DNA of 64,000 nt from Malacoraja senta (GCA_038087875.1 CM075997.1:7752001-7816000); one strand, 5' to 3'. Counted from the first letter of the stretch, positions 23,801 through 37,720 are shown. The notes: a model not told the origin generated them from the sequence alone. Translations and numbers: made by a program.

Positions 23801-26011
23801 AAAGTATACTAGACCAAGTGCAGACCCGTTGGGTCTGGTCCCCGAAAGTGCTTGACACCCCGGGGTGTTGTTCCCGAACGTGCTTCAGACCCCGGGGTGA
23901 AAATGTGCTGAAAAAAAGATGGCGTCGTTTTGGAAAAAAATCGGAGAAAATCGGCGAAAAAAAGATGGCGTCGTTTTCGGAGAAAATCGGGGAAAAAAAG
24001 ATGGCGTCGTTTTCGGAGAAAATCGGAGACAATCGGAGAAGATCACATTGGGGTTGGGGGGGGTGGATTTTATTAAAAAACGTGTACATAAACAGGACCG
24101 AATTTAATCAGGAGTGGCTATTCGTAAAGATAAATGTCATCTCTTTGGAAATGGCGAAAAACGTGGGCCTTTCCGCGCGCCGTGTGGGCCAGGGGCCGTA
24201 TCAAAGGCCGCGCGGCAAAGTCAAGCAGGCCGTCGGACGTACAGACGGACGACAGCCAGAGAGTTTTAAAAGTATACTAGACCAAGTGCAGACCCGTTGG
24301 GTCTGGTCCCCGAAAGTGCTTGAGACCCCGGGGTGTTGTTCCCGAACGTGCTTCAGACCCCGGGGTGAAAATGTGCTGAAAAAAAGATGGCGTCGTTTTC
24401 GGAAAAAATCGGAGAAAATCGGCGAAAAAAAGATGGCGTCGTTTTCGGAGAAAATCGGGGGAAAAAAGATGGCGTCGTTTTTTGAGAAAATGGGACAAAA
24501 TCAAATTGGGGTTGGTGGGGGGATGGATGACACCCCGGGGTGTTGTTCCCGAACGTGCTTCAGACCCCTGGGTGAAAATCTGCGAAAAAAAGATGGCGTC
24601 GTTTTTGGAAAAAATCGGGGAAAAAAAGATCGCGTCGTTTTCGGAGAAAATCGGAGACAATCGGAGAAAAGCACATTGGGGTTGGGGGGGGGGATGGATT
24701 TTATTAAAAAAACGTGTACATAAACAGGACCGAATTTAATCAGGAGTGGCTATTCGTAAAGATAAATGTCATCTCTTTGGAAATGGCGAAAAACGTGGGC
24801 CTTTCCGCGCGCCGCGTGGGCCAGGGGCCGTATCAAAGGCCGCGCGGCAAAGTCAAGCAGGCCGTCGGACGTACAGACGGACGACAGCCAGAGAGTTTTA
24901 AAAGTATACTAGACCAAGTGCAGACCCGTTGGGTCTGGTCCCGGAAAGTGCCTGACACTCAGGGGTGTTGTTCCCGAACGTGATTCAGACCCCGGTGGTG
25001 AAAATCGGTTGAAAAAAGATGGGGTAGTTTTAAAAAAAAATTGGAGGGATTCTGGGGAAAAAAGATGGCGTCGTTTTCGGCGAAATTCGGCGAAAAAAAG
25101 ATGGCGTCGTTGTCTTTGAAAATCGGAGACAATCGGAGAAAATCACATTGGGGTTGGGGGGGGGGATGGATGGCACCCCGGGGTGTTGTTCCCGAACGTG
25201 CTTCAGACCCGTTGGTGAAAATGGACGGAAAAAAAAATGGCGTCGTTTTTTGAAAAATTCGGGAAAAAAAAGATGGCGTCGTTTTCGGAGAAAATCGGAG
25301 ACATTCGGAGAAAATCACATTTGGGTTGGGGGGGGGATGGATTTTATTAAAAAACGTGTACATAAACAGGACAGAATTTAATCAGGAGTGGCTATTCGTA
25401 AAGATAAATGTCATCTCTTTGGAAATGGCGAAAAGGTGGGCCTTTCCGCGCGCCGTGCGGGCCAGGGGCCGTATCAAAGGCGTCGCGGCAAAGTCAAGCA
25501 GGCCGTCGGACGTACAGACGGACGACACACACAGAGTTTTAAAAGTATACTAGACCAAGTGCAGACCCGTTGGGTCTGGACACCGAACGTGCGTTTGCGG
25601 GTGGGGGGGGGTGGGAATCTGGCACCCACGAACACACACACTCATAACAACCCTTGATATTATCTTAATTTTTTAATTTGCTTCTTTTATCCCATCTCCA
25701 CCCTATCCACTGACGAATAGCCCTCACCTCTCAGGTGCGTCTAGAGGGGGGGGGGCAGAGAGTGAAAATTTAATGTTAGAATTAAAAAAAATTGAAGAAT
25801 GGGAGGAGGAGGGTGGAGAGGAAGGGGGAGGAAGGGGTGCGAGGAAGGGGGATAGAGAGGTGGGTGTGGAGAGAGGAAGGAGAGGATGTTGGAGATAGGT
25901 GAAGGGGGGTGTTTTGAGCTGGTGTTCATGAGTTAAGCTGCGGGCTGTGAAGAGAGAAGGGCAGAGAGAGAGAGAGAGGGGAGAGACAGAGAGACTGGTA
26001 CACTCAAAAAA

Positions 26012-26914
26012 GATTAATGTAAGACACACTTTAATACAATTTAAAATTTTACATAGATTATATTATTCGAAAACTAAAATTCATAAAATTTTCCCAAACG
26101 TATCATCTATTTGTGATAAATGTCAATCCCAAGAAGCAACTATAGCGCACTCATTTGTCTTCTGTACAAAAATTCAAAAATTTTGGAATGAAATTTTTGA
26201 AATCTTTACAAAGTTATTTAAAACAAGACTGATACCCAAAGCAGAATGGATTATCTTCGGAATAACGGAAGATGATCCAGAACTAAATGTGTTTCAAAAG
26301 AAATTAATGGATTATGGGTTAATAACTGGAAAAGAGCTAATTCTAAAATTTTGGAAGAAGGCTCCAATACCAACTATAAATATGTGGATTTCAAATATGT
26401 TTGAAACATTACACCTTGAAGAGATAAGACTCCTCCTAGCAGGTAAACCAGATCACTTCCACCTGACGTGGTCTGCATTTATAGAATTAGTACAAACATA
26501 GGGTGCAAAAGTACTTTAAAAAAATAAAAAATTGAGGTCGGGTAAGGGGGGATGATAGTTGAAGAGTTGGTATGTCCTATTTACGTGATGCTCAAAAAAA
26601 AAAAAAACATTTGTTTCTCTTTTTTTCTCTTTCTCTTTTCTTTTCTTAGGGCCTATTTCTTAACTCTTTTTCTTTTTGTTTTTAATTTTGCTCTTATAGG
26701 GTCTTCGTCCTTTTTTGTTGTTACATTTTCTACACTTTTCTACACTTGCACTTTTTCCTTCACTTTCTTCTCTCTTTCAATCTTTTCTTTCTCTAGTGTA
26801 AAAAAATAAATAAAGGGAGTACATTAATTGTAAGAATATATAAATGACGAGTATTAATGTATGTGGTTGTAATGTAATGTACTTCTAATAAATAAAAATT
26901 AAAAAAAAAAAAAA
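26012..26914 (+). mobile_element. L1-clade LINE 3' end (ORF2 C-terminal zinc-binding domain, 3' UTR, poly-A)
   Basis: IQFKILHRLY..CDKC..HSFVFC..FW, then AATAAA and an A-tail at 26886-26914. Absent from the homologous position in the second long Helitron unit (~36250). Confidence 0.88.
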
Positions 26915-27149
26915 GGTGGTGAAATTCAGCGGGTGCAGCCGCGTCTATGGAGCGAAGGAAATAGGCAATGTTTGTGGCTGAAACCCATCTTCAGACGTGT
27001 TTTGTTATGAAACATTGCCTATTTCCTTCGATCCAAAGATGCTGCTGCACCCGCTGAGTTTATACTTCATTTTTTTGTTTACCTTGCGTTTGGGGGGGGG
27101 GGGGCTGCGGCTGCAGCATCACACTCACACTAACCACCCCCCAAACACA

Positions 27150-28250
27150 CAGGCGGGGGGAGTGGGGGAGAGGGAGACGGGGTTGGGGAGAGGAGGGGAG
27201 GGGGAGAGAAGGAGACGGGGTGGGGAGAGAAGAGGGGAGGGAGGGGAGGGAAGAGGGGGACGGAGGGGAGAGGGGGAGGAGGAAAGGGGAGAGATTGGGG
27301 AAGGAGAGGAGATCAGGGTGGGTGAGAGGGAGGGTGAGGAGAGTTTGGAGTGGGAGGAGGGCGGGGAGGGCAGGAAGGGGGGAGAGGGGGGGAGGGGATG
27401 AGGGGGGGAGGGGATGAGGGGATGAGGGGAAGGGGAGAGGAGTAGGGGGAAGAGAGGGAGAGAGGGAGGGTGGAGGGAGAGAGGTTGGGAGGGAGAGGGG
27501 AAGAGTGGGGAGTGCAGACCAAGTGCAGACCCGTTGGGTCTGGACACCGAACGTGCGTTTGGGGCGGGGGGCTGTGACGTCACACTAACCACCCGTTGGG
27601 TCTGTACCTCCAAAGCAGGGTTGCGGGGTGTGAATCTGGCACCCACAAACACACACACTCATCACACCCCTTGATATTATATTAATATTTTAAAGACAGA
27701 GAGACTGTTGGCGGGCTGTTTTCCCAACGCGCGTTTGCGGGAGGGGTGGGTGGGCTGCGGCATCACACTCACACTAACCACCCCCCAAACACAGGCGGGG
27801 GAGGGTGGAGAGGAAGACGTGGTGGGGAGAGAAGAGGGGAGAGGGAGATGGGGTGGGGAGAGAAGAGGAGAGGGGGAGGGAGGGGAGAGGGGGAAGAGGA
27901 AAGGGGAGAGATTGGGGAGGGAGAGGAGATCAGGGTGGGTGAGAGGGAGGGGGAGGAGAGTGGGGAGTGTGAGGAGAGCAGGGAGGGCAGGGAGGGGGGG
28001 AGGGGATGAGGGGAAGGGGAGAGGAGTAGGGGGAAGAGAGGGAGAGAGGGAGGGGGGAGGGAGAGGGGTACAGTGGGGAGTGAGGGGCAGAGGGGTAACG
28101 GGAGTGGTGCAAGAGAGAGGGGAAGGGGGTAGGGGGGAGATGGGGGTGAAGAGGGGTGGTGGAGGGGGAAGAGAGGGTGTGGGAGGGGAGGGAGGGGTAG
28201 AGCAGAGAGGGGGAAGAGTGGGGAGGGAGAGTTGAAGTAGGAGGGGTAGG
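27150..28250. repeat. Polypurine (G/A) low-complexity tracts within long Helitron unit 1
   Basis: Almost exclusively G and A on the + strand, with internal direct repeats. Confidence 0.9.
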
Positions 28251-31200
28251 GACAGTCCATCTGTTTCCCATTCCCTATCACCCCCAATCCTCTTTCTCTA
28301 TTGCCACACACGTGACGACGCCCTTCAACACAGGCTGTGGGGGTGGGGGGGAGGGGCTGGGGCTGGTGCTGCAGGCATATGTAAACGGATTCATTCTGAT
28401 TGGACATCTTTGAGCATTGGGCATTGTGACATCACAAAACGGAACCTTCATTAACATTCTATTGCTGAGAGCTGTTTTTTTAAAACATTTTGAAATTTCC
28501 CCATTCCCTATCCCCCCCACACACGTGGCGACGCCCTTCGACACAGGCTTTGGGGTTGGGGGGAGGGGCTTGGGCTGTGGGTGCTGCCAAGGCATATGTA
28601 AACGGATTCATTTCGATTTGTCACACGTGTCGCAGGGCGTCGCCACGTGTGTGGGGGTGATAGGGAATGGGGACATTTCAAAATGTTAAACAAACAGCTC
28701 TCAGCAATAGAATGTTAATGAAGGTTCCGTTTTGTGATGTCACAATGCCCAATGCTGCGGGGGTTGGGGGGGAGGGGCCGGGGCTTGGGTCGCCGCAAAG
28801 GCATATGTAAATGGATCCATTCCGATTAGACATCTGTGACCATTGTGCATTGTGACATCACACACGGAATCTTTAGTAACATTCTATGGCTGAGCTGTTT
28901 TTTTAAACATTTTGAAGTATTTGGTTTGTGGGGGGGGAGAGGTATTTTATTTAAAAAACGTGTACATAAACAGGTCAGAATTTAATCAGGAGTGGGTTTA
29001 TGTAAAGATAAATGTAACCTCTTTAGAAACGGTAAAAAATATCGGCCTTTCCGCGCGCCGCGTGGGCCAGGGGCCGTATCAAAGGCCGCGCGGCAAAGTC
29101 AAGCAGGCCGTCGGACGTACAGACGGACGACACACACAGAGTTTTATATAATAATAGATAGATAGATAGATAGACTAGACCAAGTGCAGACCCGTTGGGT
29201 CTGGTCCCCGAAAGTGCTTGACACCCCGGGGTGTTGTTCCCGGACGTGCTTCAGACCCCGTGGTGAAAATCTGCTGAAAAAAAGATGGCGTCGTTTTCGG
29301 AAAAAATCGGAGAAAATCGGCGAAAAAAAGATGGCGTCCTTTTCGGAGAAAATCGGAGAAAAAAAGATGGCGTCGTTTTCGGAGAAAATCGGAGACAATC
29401 GGAGAAAATCACATGGGGGTGGGGATGGATTTTATTAAAAAACGTGTACATAAACAGGACCGAATTTAATCAGGAGTGGCTATTCGTAAAGATAAATGTC
29501 ATCTCTTTGGAACTGGTAAAAAATATGGGCCTTTCCGCGCGCTGTGTGGGCCAGGGGCGGTATCAAAGGCGGCGTACGGACGTACAGACGTACAGACGTA
29601 CAGACGTACAGACGGACGACAGCCAGAGAGTTTTAAAAGTATACTAGACCAAGTGCAGACCCGTTGGGTCTGGTCCCCGAAAGTGCTTGACACCCCGGGG
29701 TGTTTTTCCCGAACGTGCTTCAGCCCGGGGTGAAAATCGTGGAAAAAAAGATGGCGTCGTTTCCGGAAAAAATCGGAGAAAATCGGCGAAAAAAAGATGG
29801 CGTCGTTTTCGGAGAAAATCGGAGAAAAAAAGATGGCGTCGTTTTCGGAGAAAATCGGAGACAATCGGAGAAAATCACATGGGGGTGGGGATGGATTTTA
29901 TTAAAAAACGTGTACATAAACAGGACCGACTTTAATCAGGAGTGGCTATTCGTAAAGATAAATGTCATCTCTTTGGAACTGGTAAAAAATATGGGCCTTT
30001 CCGCGCGCTGTGTGGGCCAGGGGCGGTATCAAAGGCGGCGTACGGACGTACAGACGTACAGACGTACAGACGTACAGACGGACGACAGCCAGAGAGTTTT
30101 AAAAGTATACTAGACCAAGTGCAGACCATTTGGGTCTGGTCCCCGAAAGTGCTTGACATCCCGGGTTGTTTTTCCCGAACGTGCTTCAGACCCCGGGGTG
30201 AAAATCGTGGAAAAAAAGATGGCGTCGTTTTCGGAAAAAATCGGAGAAAATCGGCGAAAAAAAGATGGCGTCGTTTTCGGAGAAAATCGGAGACAATCGG
30301 AGAAAATCACATGGGGGTGGGGATGGATTTTATTAAAAAACGTGTACATAAACAGGACCGAATTTAATCAGGAGTGGCTATTCGTAAAGATAAATGTCAT
30401 CTCTTTGGAACTGGTAAAAAATATGGGCCTGTCCGCGCGCTGTGTGGGCCAGGGGCGGTATCAAAGGCGGCGTACGGACGTACAGACGTACAGACGTACA
30501 GACGTACAGACGGACGACAGCCAGAGAGTTTTAAAAGTATACTAGACCAAGTGCAGACCCGTTGGGTCTGGTCCCCGAAAGTGCTTGACACCCCGGGGTG
30601 TTTTTCCCGAACGTGCTTCAGACCCCGGGGTGAAAATCGTGGAAAAAAAGATGGCGTCGTTTTCGGAAAAAATCGGAGAAAATCGGCGAAAAAAAGATGG
30701 CGTCGTTTTCGGAGAAAATTGGCGAAAAAAAGATGGCGTCGTTTTTCGGAGAAAATCGGAGACAATCGGAGAATATCACATGGGGGTGGTGGGGGGGATG
30801 GATTTTATTTAAAAAAACGTGTACATAAACAGGACCGAATTTAATCAGGAGTGGCTATTCGTAAAGATAAATGTCATCTGTTTGGAAATGGTAAAAGATA
30901 TGGGCCTTTCCGAGCGCTGTGTGGGCCAGGGGCAGTATCAAAGGCGGCACAGGTCAAGCAGAACGTTGGACGTACGGACGTACAGACGTACAGACGTACA
31001 GACGTACAGACGGACGACAGCCAGAGAGTTTTAAAAGTATACTAGACCAAGTGCAGACCCGTTGGGTCTGGTCCCAGAAAGTGCTTGACACCCCGGGGTG
31101 TTGTTTCCGAACGTGCTTCAGACCCCTGGGTGAAAATCGAAGAAAAAAAGATGGCGTCGTTTTCGGAAAAAATCTGAGAAAATCGGCGAAAAAAAGATGG

Positions 31201-34200
31201 CGTCGTTTTCGGAGAATATCGGGGGAAAAAGATGGCGTCATTTTCGGAGAAAATCGGAGACAATCGGAGAAAATCACATGGGGGTGGGGGGGGGGGATGG
31301 ATTTTATTAAAAAACGTGTACATAAACAGGACCGACTTTAATCAGGAGTGGCTATTCGTAAAGATAAATGTCATCTCTTTGGAACTGGTAAAAAATATGG
31401 GCCTTTCCGCGCGCTGTGTGGGCCAGGGGCGGTATCAAAGGCGGCGTACGGACGTACAGACGTACAGACGTACAGACGTACAGACGGACGACAGCCAGAG
31501 AGTTTTAAAAGTATACTAGACCAAGTGCAGACCATTTGGGTCTGGTCCCCGAAAGTGCTTGACATCCCGGGTTGTTTTTCCCGAACGTGCTTCAGACCCC
31601 GGGGTGAAAATCGTGGAAAAAAAGATGGCGTCGTTTTCGGAAAAAATCGGAGAAAATCGGCGAAAAAAAGATGGCGTCGTTTTCGGAGAAAATCGGAGAC
31701 AATCGGAGAAAATCACATGGGGGTGGGGATGGATTTTATTAAAAAACGTGTACATAAACAGGACCGAATTTAATCAGGAGTGGCTATTCGTAAAGATAAA
31801 TGTCATCTCTTTGGAACTGGTAAAAAATATGGGCCTGTCCGCGCGCTGTGTCGGCCAGGGGCGGTATCAAAGGCGGCGTACGGACGTACAGACGTACAGA
31901 CGTACAGACGTACAGACGGACGACAGCCAGAGAGTTTTAAAAGTATACTAGACCAAGTGCAGACCCGTTGGGTCTGGTCCCCGAAAGTGCTTGACACCCC
32001 GGGGTGTTTTTCCCGAACGTGCTTCAGACCCCGGGGTGAAAATCGTGGAAAAAAAGATGGCGTCGTTTTCGGAAAAAATCGGAGAAAATCGGCGAAAAAA
32101 AGATGGCGTCGTTTTCGGAGAAAATTGGCGAAAAAAAGATGGCGTCGTTTTTCGGAGAAAATCGGAGACAATCGGAGAATATCACATGGGGGTGGTGGGG
32201 GGGATGGATTTTATTTAAAAAAACGTGTACATAAACAGGACCGAATTTAATCAGGAGTGGCTATTCGTAAAGATAAATGTCATCTGTTTGGAAATGGTAA
32301 AAGATATGGGCCTTTCCGAGCGCTGTGTGGGCCAGGGGCAGTATCAAAGGCGGCACAGGTCAAGCAGAACGTTGGACGTACGGACGTACAGACGTACAGA
32401 CGTACAGACGTACAGACGGACGACAGCCAGAGAGTTTTAAAAGTATACTAGACCAAGTGCAGACCCGTTGGGTCTGGTCCCAGAAAGTGCTTGACACCCC
32501 GGGGTGTTGTTTCCGAACGTGCTTCAGACCCCTGGGTGAAAATCGAAGAAAAAAAGATGGCGTCGTTTTCGGAAAAAATCTGAGAAAATCGGCGAAAAAA
32601 AGATGGCGTCGTTTTCGGAGAATATCGGGGGAAAAAGATGGCGTCATTTTCGGAGAAAATCGGAGACAATCGGAGAAAATCACATGGGGGTGGGGGGGGG
32701 GGATGGATTTTATTAAAAAACGTGTACATAAACAGGACCGAATTTAATCAGGAGTGGCTATTCATAAAGATAAATGTCATCTCTTTGGAAATGGTGAAAA
32801 ATATGGGCCTTTCCACGCGCTGTGTGTGCCAGGGGCGGTATCAAAGGCGGCGTACGGACGTACAGACGTACAGACGTACAGACGTACAGACGGACGACAG
32901 CCAGAGAGTTTTAAAAGTATACTAGACCAAGTGCAGACCCGTTGGGTCTGGTCCCCGAAAGTGCTTGACACCCCGGGGTGTTGTTCCCGAACGTGCTTCA
33001 GACCCCGGGGTGAAAATCTGCTGAAAAAAAGATGGCGTCGTTTTCGGAGAAAATGGGCGAAAAAAAGATGGCGTCGTTTTCGGAGAAAATCGGAGACAAT
33101 CGGAGAAAATCACATGGGGGTCGGGGGGGGGGATGGATTTTATTAAAAAACGTGTACATAAACAGGACCGAATTTAATCAGGAGTGGCTATTCGTAAAGA
33201 TAAATGTCATCTCTTTGGAAATGGTAAAAAACATGGGCCTTTCCGCGCGCCGTGTGGGCCAGGGGCGGTATCAAAGGCGGCGTACGGACGTACAGACGTA
33301 CAGACGGACGACAGCCAGAGAGTTTTATAAGTATACTAGACCAAGTGCAGACCCGTTGGGTCTGGTCCCCGAAAGTGCTTGACACCCCGGGGTGTTGTTC
33401 CCGAACGTGCTTGACACCCCGGGGTGTTGTTCCAGAATGTGCTTGAGACCCTTGGTTGAATATCGTGGAAAAAATAGATGGCGTCATTTTTTTGGACAAA
33501 ATCGGCGAAAAAAAGATGGCGTCGTTTTCGGAGAAAACCGGAGACAATCGGAGAAAATCACATGGGGGTGGGGGTGCAGACCCGTTGGGTGTGGTCCCCG
33601 AAAGTGCTTGACACCCCGGGGTGTTGTTCCCGAACGTGATTCAGACTCCGGGGTGAAAATCGGCGAAAAAAAGATGGCGTCGTTTTCGGAAAAAATCGGA
33701 GAATATCGGCGAAAAAAAGATGGCGTCGTTTCGGAGAAAATCGGCGAAAAAAAGATGGCGTTGTTTTCGGAGAAAATCGGAGACAATCGGAGAAAGTCAC
33801 ATGGGGGTGGGGGGGGGATGGATTTTATTTAAAAAAACGTGTACATAAACAGGACCGAATTTAATCAGGAGTGGCTATTCGTAAAGATAAATGTCACCTC
33901 TTTGAAAATGGTAAAAAATATGGGCCTTTCCGTGCGCTGTGTGGGCCAGGGGCGGTATCAAAGGCGGCGTACAGGTCAAGCAGAACGTTGGACGTACAGA
34001 CAAGCAGAACGTTGGACGTACAGATGTACAGACGGACGACAGCCAGAGAGTTTTAAAAGTATACTGGACCAAGTGCAGACCCGTTGGGTCTGGTCCCCGA
34101 AAGTGCTTGACACCCCGGGGTGTTGTTCCCGAACGTGCTTCAGACCCCTGGGTGAAAATCGTAGAAAAAAAGATGGCGTCGTTTTCGGAAAAAATCGGAG

Positions 34201-36554
34201 AAAATCGGCGAAAAAAAGATGGCGTCGTTTTCGGAGAAAATCGGGGAAAAAAGATGGCGTCATTTTCGGAGAATATCGGAGAAAATCGGAGAAAATCACA
34301 TGGGGGTGGGGGGGGGGGATGGATTTTATTTAAAAAAAACGTGTACATAAACAGGACCGAATTTAATCAGGAGTGGCTATTCGTAAAGATAAATGTCATC
34401 TCTTTGGAAATGGTGAAAAATATGGGCCTTTCCAAGCGCTGTGTGGGCCAGGGGCGGTATCAAAGGCGGCGTACAGACGTACAGACGTACAGACGTACAG
34501 ACGGACGACAGCCAGAGAGTTTTAAAAGTATATACTGGACCAAGTGCAGACCCGTTGGGTCTGGTCCCCGAAAGTGCTTGACACCCCGGGGTGTTGTTCC
34601 CGAACGTGCTTGACACCCCGGGGTGTTGTTCCAGAATGTGCTTGAGACCCTTGGTTGAATATCGTGGAAAAAAAAGATGGCGTCATTTTTTTGGACAAAA
34701 TCGACGAAAAAAAGATGGCGTCGTTTTCGGAGAAAACCGGAGACAATCGGAGAAAATCACATGGGGGTGGGGATGCAGACCCGTTGGGTGTGGTCCCCGA
34801 AAGTGCTTGACACCCCGGGGTGTTGTTCCCGAACGTGATTCAGACTCTGGGGTGAACATCGGCGAAAAAAAGATGGCGTCGTTTTCGGAAAAAATCGGAG
34901 AATATCGGCGAAAAAAAGATGGCTTCGTTTTCGGAGAAAATCGGCGAAAAAAAGATGGCGTTGTTTTCGGAGAAAATCGGAGACAATCGGAGAAAATCAC
35001 ATGGGGGTGGGGGGGGGGATGGATTTTATTTTAAAAAACGTGTACATAAACAGGACCGAATTTAATCAGGAGTGGCTATTCGTAAAGATAAATGTCATCT
35101 CTTTGAAAATGGTAAAAAATATGGGCCTTTCCATGCGCTGTGTGGGCCAGGGGCGGTATCAAAGGCGGCGTACAGGTCAAGCAGAACGTTGGACGTACAG
35201 ACAAGCAGAACGTTGGACGTACAGACGTACAGACGGACGACAGCCAGAGAGTTTTAAAAGTATACTAGACCAAGTGCAGACCCGTTGGGTCTGGTCCCCG
35301 AAATTGCTTGACACCCCGGGGTGTTGTTCCCGAACGTGCTTCAGACCCCTGGGTGAAAATCTGCTGAAAAAAAGATGGCGTCGTTTTCGGAAAAAATCGG
35401 AGAAAATCGGCGAAAAAAAGATGGCGTCGTTTTGGGAGAAAATCGGGAAAAAAAAGATGGCGTCGTTTTCGGAGAAAATCGGAGAAAATCACATGGGGTG
35501 GGGGGGGGTGGATTTTATTTTAAAAAACGTGTACATAAACAGGACCGAATTTAATCAGGAGTGGCTATTCGTAAAGATAAATGTCATCTCTTTGGAAATG
35601 GTAACAAATATGGGCCTTTCCACGCGCTGTGTGGGCCAGGGGCGGTATCAAAGGCGGCGTACGGACGTACAGACATACAGACGTACAGACGTACAGACGG
35701 ACGACAGCCAGATAGTTTTAAAAGTATATAGTTAGACTAGACCAAGTGCAGACCCGTTGGGTCTGGACACCGAACGTGCGTTTGGGGCGGGGGGCTGTGA
35801 CGTCACACTAACCACCCGTTGGGTCTGTACCTCCAAAGCAGGGTTGCGGGGTGTGAATCTGGCACCCACAAACACACACACTCATCACACCCCTTGATAT
35901 TATATTAATATTTTAATTTTCTTCTTTTATTCCATCTCCACCCTATCCACTGACGAATAGCCCTCACCTCTCAGGTACGTCTCGAGGGGGGGTGGTGCAG
36001 AGAGAGAAAATTTAATGTTAGAAAAAAAAATTGTGAGGTGGGGGAGGAGGAGGGTTGAGAGGAAGGGGGGTGAGGAAGGTGGGGAGAGAGGAGGGTGAGA
36101 GAGGAGAGGGGTGGAGAGAGGAAGAAGAGGATGGGGAGAGAGGTGAAGGGGGTGGGTTGGAGCAGGCGTGCATGAGTTGAGTCGCGGGCTGTGAAGAGAT
36201 AAGGGCAGAGAGAGAGAGAGAGGGGAGAGACAGATAGACTGGTACACACAATAAAACTCGAGAAACACTGCGGGTGCAGCAGCATCTATGGAGTGAAGGA
36301 AATAGACAATGCTTTTGGCGGAAACCCATCCTCAGACGTGTTTTCACGAAACGTTGTCTATTTCTTTTGATACATAGATGCTACTGCACCCGCTGAGGTT
36401 ATGAAGCATTTTGTTTGTGTACCTTTGATTTTCAAGCATCTGCAGTTCTGTCTTAAAGACAGAGAGACTGTTGGCGGGCTGTTTTCCCAACGCGCGTTTG
36501 CGGGAGGGGAGGGGGGCTGCGGCATCACACTCACACTAACCACCCCCCAAACAC

Positions 36555-37720
36555 AGGCGGGGGGAGGGGTGGAGAGGAAGACGGGGTGTGGAGAGAAGAG
36601 GGGAGAGGGAGACGGGGTGGGGAGAGAAGAGGAGAGGGGGAGGAGGAAAGGGGAGAAATTGGTGAGGGAGAAGAGAGCAGGGTGGGGGAGAGGGAGAGGG
36701 AGGGGGAGGAGAGTGGTAGGAGAGCGGGGAGGGCAGGAAGGGGGGAGAGGGGGGGAGGGGATGTTAGAGGTGGAGAGAGGGGATGAGGGGAAGGGGAGAG
36801 GAGTAGGGGGAAGAGAGGGAGAGAAGGAGGGGGGAGGGATAGAGGTGGGGGAGGGAGAGTGGAAGAGTGGGGAGTGAGAGAGAAGGGAGGGGGGAGAGGG
36901 GTGGGGGAGGGGGTTGTGGAGGGAGATGGGGATGGGTTTGGGAGTTAAGTGGAAGAATGGGGAGGGAGATGGAGAGGTGTAGGGGGAGTGGTGGAAGTGG
37001 GAGAGAGGGAGGGGGAGAGGTGTAGGGGGAGTGGTTGAAGAGGGATAGCGGGGTAGGGGGAAGGGGACGGGGTGAGAGAGGGAAGGGGGATGTGGGAGAG
37101 AGTAATGGGGGTGGGAGGAGGAGGGGGATGAGAGGGAGAGGGGTGAGGAGAAGGGGATGGAGAGGGGGAGGAGAGAGGGGTGGGTAAGACGAGGAGAAGG
37201 GTAGAGAAGTGTGGGGGAGGGTGGAGGGTGGCGACGGGGTTGGGAGAGAAGAGGGGGAGGGGGGAGAGGGAGACGGGGTGGGGAGAGAAGAGGGGAGGGA
37301 TGGGAGGGAGGAGAGAGGGGGAGGAGGAAAGGGGAGAGATTGGTGAGGGAGAAGAGAGCAGGGTGGGGGAAGAGGGACGGGGAGGAGAGTGGGGAGTGGG
37401 AGGAGAGCGGGGAGGGCAGGAAGGGGGGAGGGGGGGAGGGGATGTTAGAGGTGGAGAGAGGGGATGAGGGGAAGGGGAGAGGAGTAGGGGGAAGAGAGGG
37501 AGGGGGGAGGGATAGAGGTGGGGGAGGGAGAGGGGAAGAGTGGTGAGTGAGGGGCAGAGGGGTAGCGGGGAGTGGTGCAAGAGAGAGGGGAAGGGGGTAG
37601 GGGGGAGATGGGGGTGAAGAGGGGTGGTGGAGGGGGAAGAGAGGGTGTGGGAGGGGAGGGAGGGGGAGAGGAGAGAGGGGGAAGAGTGGGGAGGGAGAGT
37701 TGAAGTAGGAGGGGTAGGGA
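36555..37720. repeat. Polypurine (G/A) tract within long Helitron unit 2
   Basis: Homologous to 27790-28250 but longer. Confidence 0.9.

Noticed and set aside
20837..35736. Dozens of Lys/Arg-rich ORFs (up to 369 aa) in the array, read as a protein family
   Set aside because: They occur in all frames and on both strands, shift with homopolymer-length changes, and have no recognisable domain. They are by-products of the repeat.
20837..35736. CRISPR-like repeat/spacer array
   Set aside because: The sequence between the hairpin repeats is itself repeated rather than unique, the units are >400 bp, there are no cas genes, and the context is vertebrate.
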